DNA of 46,405 nucleotides from a virus (Duplodnaviria; Heunggongvirae; Uroviricota; Caudoviricetes): IMG/VR virus record IMGVR_UViG_2687453454_000004; one strand, 5' to 3'. Shown piece by piece: positions 29,047 to 38,114 of this stretch (position 1 is its first letter; each line of letters starts with the position of its first letter). The notes under the pieces were generated by a model. It saw only the letters and a program-made list of their open reading frames with translations, ran no database searches and was not told where the DNA came from. The position numbers and the translations under genes were made by a program.

Positions 29047-29058
29047 ACGCTCCCGCCC
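29047..29058. other. cosN candidate (12-nt cohesive end, GGGCGGGAGCGT on the minus strand)
   Basis: ccgcgACGCTCCCGCCCcgtggcagg...ccgggaggacccgt resembles the lambda cos junction as recalled from memory; lambda-like spacing upstream of Nu1. Confidence 0.5.
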
Positions 29059-29490
29059 CGTGGCAGGCCACCCCACCGGGAGGACCCGTCAGCCTGACAG
29101 CTCTGACGAACGTCTGATACAACGCCTTGCATGAATGGCATCGGGATAATCCAGAAAGGCATAGCATCGTGCCCACAAGAATCTGTGTAAGTGTCCTGTT
29201 TCTTCCACCCCCGCACAGGACTGGCGAGCATGAGGGACAAACCCGCGAACCATAAACGCGGTAAAAACCCGGTGTGCATCGTTTTTGATTATTCCCGCAC
29301 ACTCGCGCAGAAGGAGTTCCCCGTCGGGCTACGGTCTCTGTTAATACGGGAATACGGCGACGATACAGCGCATGATGTGTCAGGCTTGAATACCTTTATC
29401 CGTTAAAAGGGATATCAGTTAAGCTATCCCGTGTAGGGTATAAGCCATTATCAAAGCCACTCTGTAGGGAGTGGCTTTTGTAATGGCAAT

Positions 29491-29513
29491 AAAAAGCCCC
29501 GCGAATGCGAGGC
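29491..29513 (-). terminator. Intrinsic terminator-like hairpin downstream of Rz
   Basis: Minus-strand RNA gcctcgc-auuc-gcggggc followed by U5. Confidence 0.4.
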
Positions 29514-29687
29514 TAAATCCTGGTATTTGTAATGACTGGCTCTTATCTCAACGCAGCCCCTTACCGCGCGCAAGATGCTCAATATCAAGCATCAGCAATG
29601 AGATGTTTAATCTGGATTCACTCCAGAAGTGATCACCATCCTGTCTACAGAGCCAGATGTGAAGGATGATGAGTAAAATTATCGCTA

Positions 29688-30155
29688 TCATCGAAGGCAT
29701 TGCGTCCTGATGTATTCCTGAAGCGTTCTCAGTGCTGTTTGGTCGCGGATTATTCCGTCCCGGATACCGAGAACGTTTCGTCCAGCAACTGGAGAGAGTT
29801 CGACGGTGGCATCATTGCCCATGCCGGAGGCGCTGGAGGTTTCGGCTGAGGATGGCACAGGGCATTTTCCTTTGACGAACACCCGACCACCATTATCAAG
29901 CTTGCGCCGAAGAGCATCATTTTCAGCTTTCGCATCAGCTAACTCCTTCGTGTATTTAGCATCGAGTGCATCAGCAGAACGCTGGCGCTGCTGCATGTCA
30001 GTAATGGTGGCGGTCGCCTGCTTCAGCTCACTGACTTTTTTATCTCGCTGTTCTTTGTAGGCGATGGCGTTATCACGGTAATGATTGACCGCCCACGACA
30101 GGCAGACGATGATGCAGATAACCAGAGCGGAGATAATCGCGGTTACTCTGCTCAT
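29688..30155 (-). CDS. Rz: Spanin, inner-membrane subunit Rz
   Basis: N-terminal TM then coiled coil; likely start MSRVTAI at 30155. Confidence 0.85.
   Translation of the reverse strand: MSRVTAIISALVICIIVCLSWAVNHYRDNAIAYKEQRDKKVSELKQATATITDMQQRQRSADALDAKYTKELADAKAENDALRRKLDNGGRVFVKGKCPVPSSAETSSASGMGNDATVELSPVAGRNVLGIRDGIIRDQTALRTLQEYIRTQCLR
29750..29935 (-). CDS. Rz1: Spanin, outer-membrane lipoprotein Rz1 (embedded in Rz)
   Basis: 61 aa in +1 frame inside Rz; [21 protein letters not shown] lipobox and Pro-rich region. Confidence 0.8.
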   Translation of the reverse strand: MRKLKMMLFGASLIMVVGCSSKENALCHPQPKPPAPPAWAMMPPSNSLQLLDETFSVSGTE

Positions 30156-30649
30156 TGTTGCCCCCACAAACAGACTTCACGCTCAATCTCACGACGAGTC
30201 ATCAGGCCTTTCCATTGCTTACCGCCAGCGTATATCCAGCGACGTAGCTGGTCACATGCGCCTTTGATATCGCCCTGGTTTATTTTGCGAAGAAGCGTCG
30301 ATGTTCTGAAATTGCCAGCACCCACGTTGTAGACGAACGAGTAAAGAGCGCCGCGCGTTGTTTCCGGTATATCGACTTTGATGTACGGGTTAATTTGTCT
30401 GGCAACCGTGGCAAGGTCTTTATTCAGGAGGGCTTTGCATTCTGCTTCGGTATACGTTTTACCGAGCATGATGTCTTTTCCGGTGTGTCCGTGACATACA
30501 GTCCATACGCCAACGATATCTTTGTATGGTATGTAGCTGACACCTTCCAGGCCATCGTCACCACTTGGGCCAGTGATTAACACTGATGCTATAGCAATTG
30601 CTCCGCCACCAATAGCAGCAGCAACTGCTTTTCGTAATGATGGAGGCAT
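30152..30649 (-). CDS. R: SAR endolysin (T4-lysozyme-like)
   Basis: 165 aa; N-terminal Gly/Ala-rich weakly hydrophobic SAR segment; lysozyme-like core. Confidence 0.85.
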   Translation of the reverse strand: MPPSLRKAVAAAIGGGAIAIASVLITGPSGDDGLEGVSYIPYKDIVGVWTVCHGHTGKDIMLGKTYTEAECKALLNKDLATVARQINPYIKVDIPETTRGALYSFVYNVGAGNFRTSTLLRKINQGDIKGACDQLRRWIYAGGKQWKGLMTRREIEREVCLWGQQ

Positions 30650-30864
30650 TATTCACCTCTCGCAGCCTTGCGCTTATCTTCTTTAATCTTGAAATAAAGG
30701 TTTGTCAGGTACGTCAGCAGGCCAAATACCAGACTACCCAGCACACCTATTGCCGCCCACTGTGAGGGCGTGACTTTATCGAGCAACTGTAAAAACCAGT
30801 ACCCGGCACTACCTGCTGAGGTGCCATAGGCGACACCCGTTGTTAACTTATCCATGGATTTCAT
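30649..30864 (-). CDS. S: Holin (S21-type pinholin)
   Basis: 71 aa from MKSMDK dual-start motif; two TM segments; matches phage 21 pinholin from memory; track start 30927. Confidence 0.85.
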
Positions 30865-30931
30865 AACCCCACCTCGCAGATGCGGGTGCTGTGTAATGGA
30901 AATAAAAAGGCCACCTGACGTGGCCACCAGA

Positions 30932-31984
30932 TTATTTCCCCACCAGCTCGTTTATCTCTTTCACTGTCTGGTTAAACCGCTCTGACTCAAGCTCAACACC
31001 TAAGGCCCGACGCCCCAGCGCCATTGCTGCTTTTATTGTGGAACCGGATCCCATAAAAAAATCAGCAACCAGATCACCAGGTCGACTACTGGCATTGATT
31101 ATTTGCCTGAGCATATCCGCCGGTTTCTCACACGGATGTTTCCCCGGGTAGAACTGAACGGGTTTATGCATCCAGACATCGGTATAAGGCACGGAGACTG
31201 ATACGGAGAAATAGCGCCGGAGAGATTTAAACTCATCCAGCAATTCAGAATATTTACGATTCAGTGAATCATAAGATGCCACCAGCTGGTGGTGTGGTTG
31301 TTCCAGTTGTTGTTCCTGAAACTTCTCTGCCGCTATACGGGAAAACAGTGCCTGTAACTTCCGATAGTCAGCCTCATTCGGCAACTGCCACTGACTGGCA
31401 CCAAACCAGTGGGAAACCATATTTTTCTTACCTGTGGCTTCGGCAATTTGTTTTGCCGTTATACCCAGTTCGGCACGAGCATCCCTGAAATACGATATCA
31501 GCGGTGCCATTATGTGCTGTTTGAGTTCCCTTTCTTTTGCTGCATAGCCGTCACTTTTGCCGCGATATGGCCCCTGGTAATGTTCAGCAAACAGAACGCG
31601 CTCTGTGGCAGGAAAATATGCGCGCAGACTTTCTTTATTACACCCATTCCAACGTCCGGACGGCTTCGCCCAGATGATATGGTTAAGCACGTTGAAACGT
31701 TCACGCATCATGATCTCAATATCAGATGCCAGGCGATGCCCACAGAACAGGTAAAGGCTTCCGGCAGGTTTTAACACCCGCCAGAACTGGGCCAGACAGT
31801 GGTCCAGCCACTTAAGGTAATCTTCGTCCCCTTTCCACTGATTGTCCCAGCCGTTGGGTTTCACCTTGAAGTACGGCGGATCGGTAACAATCAGGTCAAT
31901 GGAATCATCAGGCAGGGACTGAATAAAATGCAGGCAATCAGCGTTGATTAAATCAACACTGTTTATTTTTACAGTATTTTTCAT
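30932..31984 (-). CDS. Orphan DNA methyltransferase (beta-class N6A/N4C)
   Basis: 350 aa; DPPY motif near N-terminus (LIVTDPPYF), FFMGSGST AdoMet motif near C-terminus; no adjacent restriction gene. Confidence 0.85.
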
Positions 31985-32134
31985 GGATCAGTAAGCGTAA
32001 CTCTGGTAGGCTCACTCTGCTTTTGCGCTAAAGCAGTGGGCCATGGTTCGCTTGTGACCAGTAAGCATGAGCGAATGGCTGGCAGGTGCTACCAACACCC
32101 ACCAGCCGCCCATTTTCACAGCAGGAAACCGCCA

Positions 32135-32362
32135 TTACTGGCAGCGTCTGAATTTATTCCCGTACCCGCCGTTATCCTTCGCCAGACCCGCCAGAACTAA
32201 CTGAGTCAGTATTAACTGGCACCGGGCTTCGCTTACTCCGGTAGTTCTCGTCATCATGCGTGGCGTTACCCACTTGTCAGCAGGTAAGAAATGAAGGACT
32301 GCGGCGGCGGTTTCTGTCATATCTTGCTGTTTTAGCATATCTTTTTCCCTTCTGGTTAACAT
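32135..32362 (-). CDS. Hypothetical small protein
   Basis: 75-aa ORF upstream of the methyltransferase; no recognisable motif. Confidence 0.3.
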   Translation of the reverse strand: MLTRREKDMLKQQDMTETAAAVLHFLPADKWVTPRMMTRTTGVSEARCQLILTQLVLAGLAKDNGGYGNKFRRCQ

Positions 32363-32460
32363 GACATACCAATAACTCTTGTCTAAAAAGCCAGCAAGAT
32401 AAAAAGTCAGTATTCACGACCACCAGCGTGTTTACTGTACTGCACCAAGTTTACAGGTAC

Positions 32461-32484
32461 AAAAAACCCGCTCAGTGGCGGGTT
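32461..32484 (-). terminator. Intrinsic terminator, copy 1 of a duplicated hairpin
   Basis: aacccgc-tcagtg-gcgggtt with U-run on the minus strand; about 28-bp identical copy at 33137-33161. Confidence 0.6.
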
Positions 32485-32561
32485 GCTATCACAGCTATAT
32501 ATTTACTTATTATGCCGTTACTAACATTTATCTTCGACATATAATCGAAAACAAGGTTTAC

Positions 32562-32987
32562 TTAAAACTCTGCTTTCATTTTATCCGGGAATTTTTTATT
32601 TGCAGCATAATAACTACCAAGTACATAAGCGTTCATTTGCTGCTCTACATCAACCCGACATGCCGCACTAGAACAAGCTCCACTGATAAGCCCAAAAGAA
32701 CTCCCTTTAGCAGAGAGATCAGCTTTGATTTCCTCTACAGTGTTTTTCCCCATAGCAACTACACACCCTGTCACAATATATCTAGCCTTCACATCATCCA
32801 TGCTAAGGATAGTAGTTTTCGCAATTTTGCTGTATCCATCATTTTTATAAACATCCATGGCAAACGCACGGCAATCTGTATAATACGGACTTGCTTTAAC
32901 TTGCGAATACTCAGGTAATTTCATACCTGCACAACCAACTAAACAAAAACCTATCGCTGCTATTAATACCTTTTTCATTACAGTCAT
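32562..32987 (-). CDS. Predicted lipoprotein moron in the Q-S interval
   Basis: 141 aa; signal peptide with lipobox (LIAAIGFCLVGCAG); AT-rich; flanked by two identical terminator hairpins. Confidence 0.7.
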   Translation of the reverse strand: MTVMKKVLIAAIGFCLVGCAGMKLPEYSQVKASPYYTDCRAFAMDVYKNDGYSKIAKTTILSMDDVKARYIVTGCVVAMGKNTVEEIKADLSAKGSSFGLISGACSSAACRVDVEQQMNAYVLGSYYAANKKFPDKMKAEF

Positions 32988-33136
32988 AACCTAGAAGCAT
33001 CATTGAAACTAATTTATTAAATAATCATCGAGTTTCTGGAATACAGACGTTAACCATCTCTCCAAAATCTAAAAGATAATAAGAAAAAATGTTTAACGCA
33101 CCAATCCATTTCATAGTTTCATGAGACATCTGGCAC

Positions 33137-33161
33137 AAAAAAACCCGCTCAGTGGCGGGTT
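33137..33161 (-). terminator. Intrinsic terminator, copy 2 (tR'-like, downstream of PR')
   Basis: Identical hairpin to 32461-32484; about 45 nt downstream of the candidate late promoter. Confidence 0.6.
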
Positions 33162-33207
33162 CTTAAATCTTATCAACGGTAGACATACAAAGCCCATCGT
33201 TGGGAAA

Positions 33208-33236
33208 ATCTTATCCATATTTTTTGAAAAATGCAA
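33208..33236 (-). promoter_or_regulatory. Candidate late promoter PR'
   Basis: Minus strand TTGCAT (33236-33231), 17-bp spacer, TAAGAT (33213-33208); immediately downstream of Q. Confidence 0.4.
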
Positions 33237-33267
33237 GCATCATGTCGTCATCTTCGGCGAAAACCAT

Positions 33268-34020
33268 TTATCTTGTCACATTTCTCAATTGTATCTCTGC
33301 ATATGCTTCTTCCTGCCAGCACTTTGTAACCAGTTTATCAATGACATCTGTATATCCTTTGTACCACTGATAATCCGTCAGGTCTGGTACCAGCTTCTGG
33401 ACATGATGCCGCGCCAGTGTGGTTGGTAAACGGCTAAACCGGTTTCCATTGCAACGCCCACAAATCTTATAAACAGGCGTGCCATGAAGCCGGGTCCTTT
33501 TTTCATCCAGGACAAGACCTTTACCCTTACACCCTCTGCACGCTGTGCTGACTTCTCCCTTACCATGACAATGCTGACATAGTTCCTTCACCCACTCTTC
33601 CTTGATAACAGATTCCCCGCTTCTGGAGTGTTTCACCACTTCGCGCAATACATTATGAAATCCAGTACCAGCACAATGCTCACAGCGAGCCTTACTTGCC
33701 GCAGACCTGGAATAATCAGCAAAGGCAAAATTCACAAGGTAAGGGATGATCTGTAACCGGGTTTCTTCGCTCAATTTGTTCAATGTCGGGTTATCCAGTG
33801 CCATCGCGTAATTGAGCAGACCTTCAATCGCAAATTGAGGATCCTGAACACCAACTTTTGCCAGGAATAAGGCAAACCCAAGCGGTGCTTTCGACTGCAC
33901 CATCCCCTGCGCAGCCATCACATCCGTAATCGTTAAACCACCTGAGCCTGTCGCCGGTGCGTCATCGCTCAATTTTGGAGATTTTGGGGAGTAATATTTT
34001 GGTAAGGCTTCAAGGTTCAT
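33268..34020 (-). CDS. Q: Late antiterminator Q
   Basis: About 250 aa from MNLEALPKYYSPKSPK; multiple CxxC zinc-binding motifs; lambda position upstream of the lysis genes. Confidence 0.8.
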   Translation of the reverse strand: MNLEALPKYYSPKSPKLSDDAPATGSGGLTITDVMAAQGMVQSKAPLGFALFLAKVGVQDPQFAIEGLLNYAMALDNPTLNKLSEETRLQIIPYLVNFAFADYSRSAASKARCEHCAGTGFHNVLREVVKHSRSGESVIKEEWVKELCQHCHGKGEVSTACRGCKGKGLVLDEKRTRLHGTPVYKICGRCNGNRFSRLPTTLARHHVQKLVPDLTDYQWYKGYTDVIDKLVTKCWQEEAYAEIQLRNVTR

Positions 34021-34033
34021 GCTCGTTCTCCAC

Positions 34034-35029
34034 TTACGCCAATACGCCAATTGCCAGCGCACGATCGATAAAACGAAATATCAGCTCCAGCTGAGAGCCA
34101 TACTTCTCTTCAAATGCCACGGTATCCGCATGCAGCTCGTCGTGATGCTTTCTGCACAAAGGCAACACAAAGAGGTCATGCGCTTTTGTTCCCATTCCAC
34201 CCTGACCGTGACCTATCAGGTGGTGGGGATCATCAGCGGGCTTTCCACAACATGCACACGGCTGTGTCTTAACCCAGCGCGTGTACTTTTCATTAACCCA
34301 GCGGCGACGTTTTGGGCGTAACATAAAAGACTCCGGCGACTCCGGATCCACTTTCAGCGCCAGCACCTTTTTCGCTTTATCCTGGATGATGCTGGTGGCA
34401 GGAACCGAAGGCACAAGGTCACTTTCCCGGGTGACAGACGGCACAACAGGCTTTGGTAATCTCAGTGCCTTACGGGCTGCACTTTCCGGTAAGGCATCCG
34501 CCAGGTCATTACGAATCAGCCACCAGCACAGTTCCGGCATTGTCACAACGTGACTGTCATCAAAACCGAGATCCCGACGCACAACAGACAACACCCAGCG
34601 GGCACAGTTATCCGTTGCCATTGATTCCAGCCGTTCCGTGAACTGATCGCGCAGCTGGTTATCGCAGTGCCAGCACAGACGGATTGCGCCCGGCGCGTGT
34701 CGCATTGTGGTCATGTTCTCGCTGTGCCAGTCGGAATGAGGCCACTGGCAGCCTTTTTCACGAAGTAACCAGCTTTCAAGACATTCCACGCCACCAGCAC
34801 GACGGATCACTGCCTCATTGCGGAACACGGCCCGAACGGCAGGATCATCCGCCAGCGGTTGTGATGCCGCCGGAACGGCACCACTGGCGAAAGATGAATA
34901 ACGTTCCGGCTCAGGCTCCAGCAGGACACGCCCCTGCATAAACAGGGGCATCAGCTCTGAACCTGGCCTGAACAATACGATCCCCATACGCGGGGCAATT
35001 TCAGGGGTCAGTAGTGCTCTCACGGTCAC
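34034..35029 (-). CDS. DUF968-like prophage protein with C-terminal HNH-like zinc motif
   Basis: 331 aa; C-terminal ...CACCGKPADDPHHLIGHGQGG...CRKHHDELH; family name from memory. Confidence 0.55.
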   Translation of the reverse strand: MTVRALLTPEIAPRMGIVLFRPGSELMPLFMQGRVLLEPEPERYSSFASGAVPAASQPLADDPAVRAVFRNEAVIRRAGGVECLESWLLREKGCQWPHSDWHSENMTTMRHAPGAIRLCWHCDNQLRDQFTERLESMATDNCARWVLSVVRRDLGFDDSHVVTMPELCWWLIRNDLADALPESAARKALRLPKPVVPSVTRESDLVPSVPATSIIQDKAKKVLALKVDPESPESFMLRPKRRRWVNEKYTRWVKTQPCACCGKPADDPHHLIGHGQGGMGTKAHDLFVLPLCRKHHDELHADTVAFEEKYGSQLELIFRFIDRALAIGVLA

Positions 35030-35030
35030 C

Positions 35031-35840
35031 TCAATGAACGGTATCGAGCAGCTTTAACAGCTCAGGGAATCGGGATTCGAAGAAATGCGGCTGCGTCTCG
35101 CGCGGATTTGCGGGACTGGTGATGTTCTTGCCGAACATGCAGCCTTTCGCTGTCAGCGACCAGAATTTTTTGATGTTGTTAATCGCTGTACGGCTGTATC
35201 GTTCGCGCTGTTCGACGATCCCCAGCTTCGCCATCTGGTGATATGCCTGATTAGCCGTCAGGCGGATACCATACTGCTTCAGCAGTGCACTCAGTGACAG
35301 CGTGGGGCGGCTTGAGCCATCAGGCGCGTCAGCAGGAGCATCAATGGCATAACGCGGTGCCAGATTCGGTAAGCCAACAGCCTCCTGGAGTTTCTGACAG
35401 GCCCCAAGCACAGATGAGTTAGACAGGTTTAACTCCCTGCGCATAAAGTCCAGCAGAATCACTCCAGCCTGCATCTTGTCAGCAGCCTGCCCGGATAATT
35501 TTTCCGGTGCGCTGGTTACCATATCGAAAGTACGGATCACCTTCAGATGGAATGACGGGCTGATCCACATTGCATAGGCATACACCAGTTCCTTACAGAC
35601 ATACGTTCCCCGTTCATTTCCCCCATGAATCACACTCACCGGGTCAACACCCAAATTCTGGGTGTTGGTCAATTCATGAACAAGCTCAACAGTTTGTTGG
35701 CTGGAAAGAAACTTTCCTGGCTCCTTGGTTCTGGCATTTGCACCAGATGCTACTGCTGCGCGATGCAGATCGTTCAGGCTATAACGTCCATAAGCATCAC
35801 GACGAACTTCAATACCATCAATGACCATCAGATTATTCAT
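35031..35840 (-). CDS. KilA-N domain protein (antirepressor-like)
   Basis: N-terminal KilA-N-like region (GTYVCKELVYAYAMWISPSFHLKVIRTF). Confidence 0.65.
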   Translation of the reverse strand: MNNLMVIDGIEVRRDAYGRYSLNDLHRAAVASGANARTKEPGKFLSSQQTVELVHELTNTQNLGVDPVSVIHGGNERGTYVCKELVYAYAMWISPSFHLKVIRTFDMVTSAPEKLSGQAADKMQAGVILLDFMRRELNLSNSSVLGACQKLQEAVGLPNLAPRYAIDAPADAPDGSSRPTLSLSALLKQYGIRLTANQAYHQMAKLGIVEQRERYSRTAINNIKKFWSLTAKGCMFGKNITSPANPRETQPHFFESRFPELLKLLDTVH

Positions 35841-35859
35841 ACTTCGTTTCTCCTCTTAA

Positions 35860-36249
35860 TCAGGCGGCTGCACCCGCCGTTTTCTCGTACTTACTGATAG
35901 TGATCTCGACCTTCCCTTCCGGGATAACCGGTCCCCACTCCACCAGCATTCTTTTCACCTGACTGTCGTCTTCCCACACCCCCGCGTGGGTCAGGGCGTC
36001 AAACAGCGCCTTGTTATAGTTGTCCAGATCGCGGATCCTGTTATCCGGAGGAAACAACACGATCTCCACTGAAGCAGGTGCCGACGTTGGTTTCGGCAGA
36101 CGACGTAACTGCTCAACTATTGCTGCGCACGCCGCGCTCTGGAATTTTCGCCCCGCCGCGCTTATCAGGCTCTTACCAGCAAACGCCCCTTTGTTGGGGT
36201 GTCGCCAGTACGTGTTCACGCTGGGCGGGAAAGGCAGGATCAGTTTCAT
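35860..36249 (-). CDS. rusA: Holliday-junction resolvase RusA
   Basis: 129 aa, ...LPFPPSVNTYWRH...DLDNYNKALFDALT... RusA signature. Confidence 0.85.
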   Translation of the reverse strand: MKLILPFPPSVNTYWRHPNKGAFAGKSLISAAGRKFQSAACAAIVEQLRRLPKPTSAPASVEIVLFPPDNRIRDLDNYNKALFDALTHAGVWEDDSQVKRMLVEWGPVIPEGKVEITISKYEKTAGAAA

Positions 36250-36572
36250 ACTTTCAGGCCTCTCTCATGTAGCCAGTGGGTTGCACGCAGCCTTGCGTTT
36301 TCCTCATCGGCAAGCAGTGAGCGGATAATCCCGACAGCCTCGCTGTCGTCGTCCTTCACCGCGGTATGAAGCGTTATCCCCCGGGCCACGCCACGCTTTA
36401 TCGTGATGACGCCTTTTTTCTCCAGTGCGCGAAGATGCTCCACCGCTGCATTCACCGAACGGTATCCCAGCATGGTTGCCACCTCCTGATTGGTTGGCGG
36501 GAAGCCACGTTCTTTCTGGTAAGAAATCAGCATATCCAGCACCTGCTGCTGGCATTGAGTTAACGTCGTCAT
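36246..36572 (-). CDS. Small DNA-binding protein with LexA-type winged-helix N-terminal domain
   Basis: About 108 aa from MTTLTQCQQQVLDMLISYQKERGFPPTNQEVATMLGYRSVNAAVEHL; no S24 peptidase domain. Confidence 0.5.
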   Translation of the reverse strand: MTTLTQCQQQVLDMLISYQKERGFPPTNQEVATMLGYRSVNAAVEHLRALEKKGVITIKRGVARGITLHTAVKDDDSEAVGIIRSLLADEENARLRATHWLHERGLKV

Positions 36573-37066
36573 TAAGCCCCCACGTAATTCCCTGACAGAT
36601 ACCACTCTTCACCTGATGCAGCCCGCTTACTGCTTTTCCGTAAACACCGTTCACGACGCGCCAGAAAATTGTTTCGTTCTGGCTGGGAGTAGCTTTCACG
36701 GAATGCCGCCATCCACACCGTTGCAGCACGACGGTATAAGCCCCTGGACTCCAGTTCTTCCGCCTGGCGGGTCAGGCACAAAATCACCCGGGGATCGTTA
36801 GTGCCGACATAGAAATTGCGCACAGGTCTGGTTTCACGAACTGGTTGTGGTTCCGGCTCCTGCGCTCTCTCAGTCAGGCGTGGGAAATGTCTGCGTGTAT
36901 CTCCTTCACAACGGTGAGCCACACGCCCACTCTGACGTAACTTGCTTGCTGACTGCAGAACGCGCTGCCGTGAGTAACCTGCAAAAGCATCCGCAATGTC
37001 TCCGGAAGTACACCCCGGATGGGCTTCAATGAATTTCTGAACTTCATTCAAAAGACTCATGATCAC
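36572..37066 (-). CDS. Hypothetical prophage regulatory protein
   Basis: 164-aa ORF, tightly packed in the early-right operon; basic, no clear motif. Confidence 0.4.
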   Translation of the reverse strand: MIMSLLNEVQKFIEAHPGCTSGDIADAFAGYSRQRVLQSASKLRQSGRVAHRCEGDTRRHFPRLTERAQEPEPQPVRETRPVRNFYVGTNDPRVILCLTRQAEELESRGLYRRAATVWMAAFRESYSQPERNNFLARRERCLRKSSKRAASGEEWYLSGNYVGA

Positions 37067-37881
37067 CCCCTGAATCCTGCCGGGATCTGGCTGTAGTCCA
37101 CGTTGTCGTAACTGGCTTTGAAGTACGGGTCCTCACGTCTAGCTGCAGATACCGCAGGAACTTCCCAGGATTCTTCGAAATGACGATCCGGACCAAAGAA
37201 CGTGACAGCCTGTTTCACAAATTGTGTGCCGCTGTTACCCATCGCAGATACCCAGCCCGCGTAGCGTTTCACACCTTCCAGCATGGTTTCGGGGTTTACC
37301 CCCTCATTCAAACGGGCTTTCCAGGCTTTGAAGGCTGCAGATTTTGAATTGCCACCAGCACGTTTGGGATATGCCAGCCATGCCTGCTCAAACTCCGGAG
37401 AGTATTCCGGTCGGTTTGAACGAACTCGCACGGACTCATCAACTGATGCACCAACAGCTATTGGTTCATTGACTGGTTCTTTGACTGGTTCAAAAGAGTG
37501 ACTGGTTCTGGGTGAATCTCCTGCACTACCCCCTGGTGCAACTCCTGCACTACCTGGTGAATTTGCTGCACCAGATAGTGAATTATTTGCACTACCCCCT
37601 AGTGAATCTCCTGCACCATCAAGATGAAGGAGATAGATATTACTTGAGTTACCTTTTTCACCTTTCCGGGTGACTTTTTTTACCAGCCCGGAATCACAAA
37701 GGGCCGCAATATGATTCATCACAGAACGTTTGCTAATCTCGCACTGGTCAGCAATATGCTGGTAGCTGGGCCAGCACTCACCCTGATCGCTGGCATTATC
37801 AGCCAGCTTGATCAGAACCAGTTTTCGCAATGGATTACCCACTCGAATTTTCATCGCTTTAACCATCAGCTCCATACTCAT
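37063..37881 (-). CDS. Putative replication initiator (O-like) with internal ori-like repeats
   Basis: N-terminal wHTH typical of phage replication proteins (LRKLVLIKLADNASDQGECWPSYQHIADQCEISKRSV); low-complexity Gly/Ser/Ala linker encoded by a DNA repeat array. Confidence 0.55.
   Translation of the reverse strand: MSMELMVKAMKIRVGNPLRKLVLIKLADNASDQGECWPSYQHIADQCEISKRSVMNHIAALCDSGLVKKVTRKGEKGNSSNIYLLHLDGAGDSLGGSANNSLSGAANSPGSAGVAPGGSAGDSPRTSHSFEPVKEPVNEPIAVGASVDESVRVRSNRPEYSPEFEQAWLAYPKRAGGNSKSAAFKAWKARLNEGVNPETMLEGVKRYAGWVSAMGNSGTQFVKQAVTFFGPDRHFEESWEVPAVSAARREDPYFKASYDNVDYSQIPAGFRG
37471..37620. repeat. Iteron-like direct repeats inside the replication gene (candidate ori)
   Basis: gactggttc x3 (37471-37508) then five cctgcac(t/c)ac units at about 22-bp periodicity (37522, 37546, 37567, 37589, 37612) with gtgaat motifs. 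Confidence 0.45.
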
Positions 37882-38114
37882 GCTGCACCTCCGAGATGCT
37901 TCATGTTTTTTCCGGAGCGAAAGACTATAAGCGGCATACTGACGCGGTAATTACGGCCCAGCGGTTCACAAATCACCTTCTGGCATTCACGGTCAACCAG
38001 GCTAACACGTAGAACATGCCCTGCAGGCGTGGTGTACCACTGCCCAACTGTAGGAATTGATGTTTTTTTACACTGAAGCAAACGGCAAATATTGAGGATC
38101 AACGGATTAAGCAT
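37878..38114 (-). CDS. Hypothetical protein
   Basis: 78-aa ORF between two early-right genes with start/stop overlaps; no motif. Confidence 0.35.
   Translation of the reverse strand: MLNPLILNICRLLQCKKTSIPTVGQWYTTPAGHVLRVSLVDRECQKVICEPLGRNYRVSMPLIVFRSGKNMKHLGGAA

Noticed and set aside
28875-29687. ORFs of 69-105 aa in the cos region (28985-29302, 29031-29279, 29191-29406)
   Set aside because: Overlap the predicted cos site and terminator hairpins; mutually overlapping in different frames with Cys/Gly/Arg-rich products; judged non-coding.
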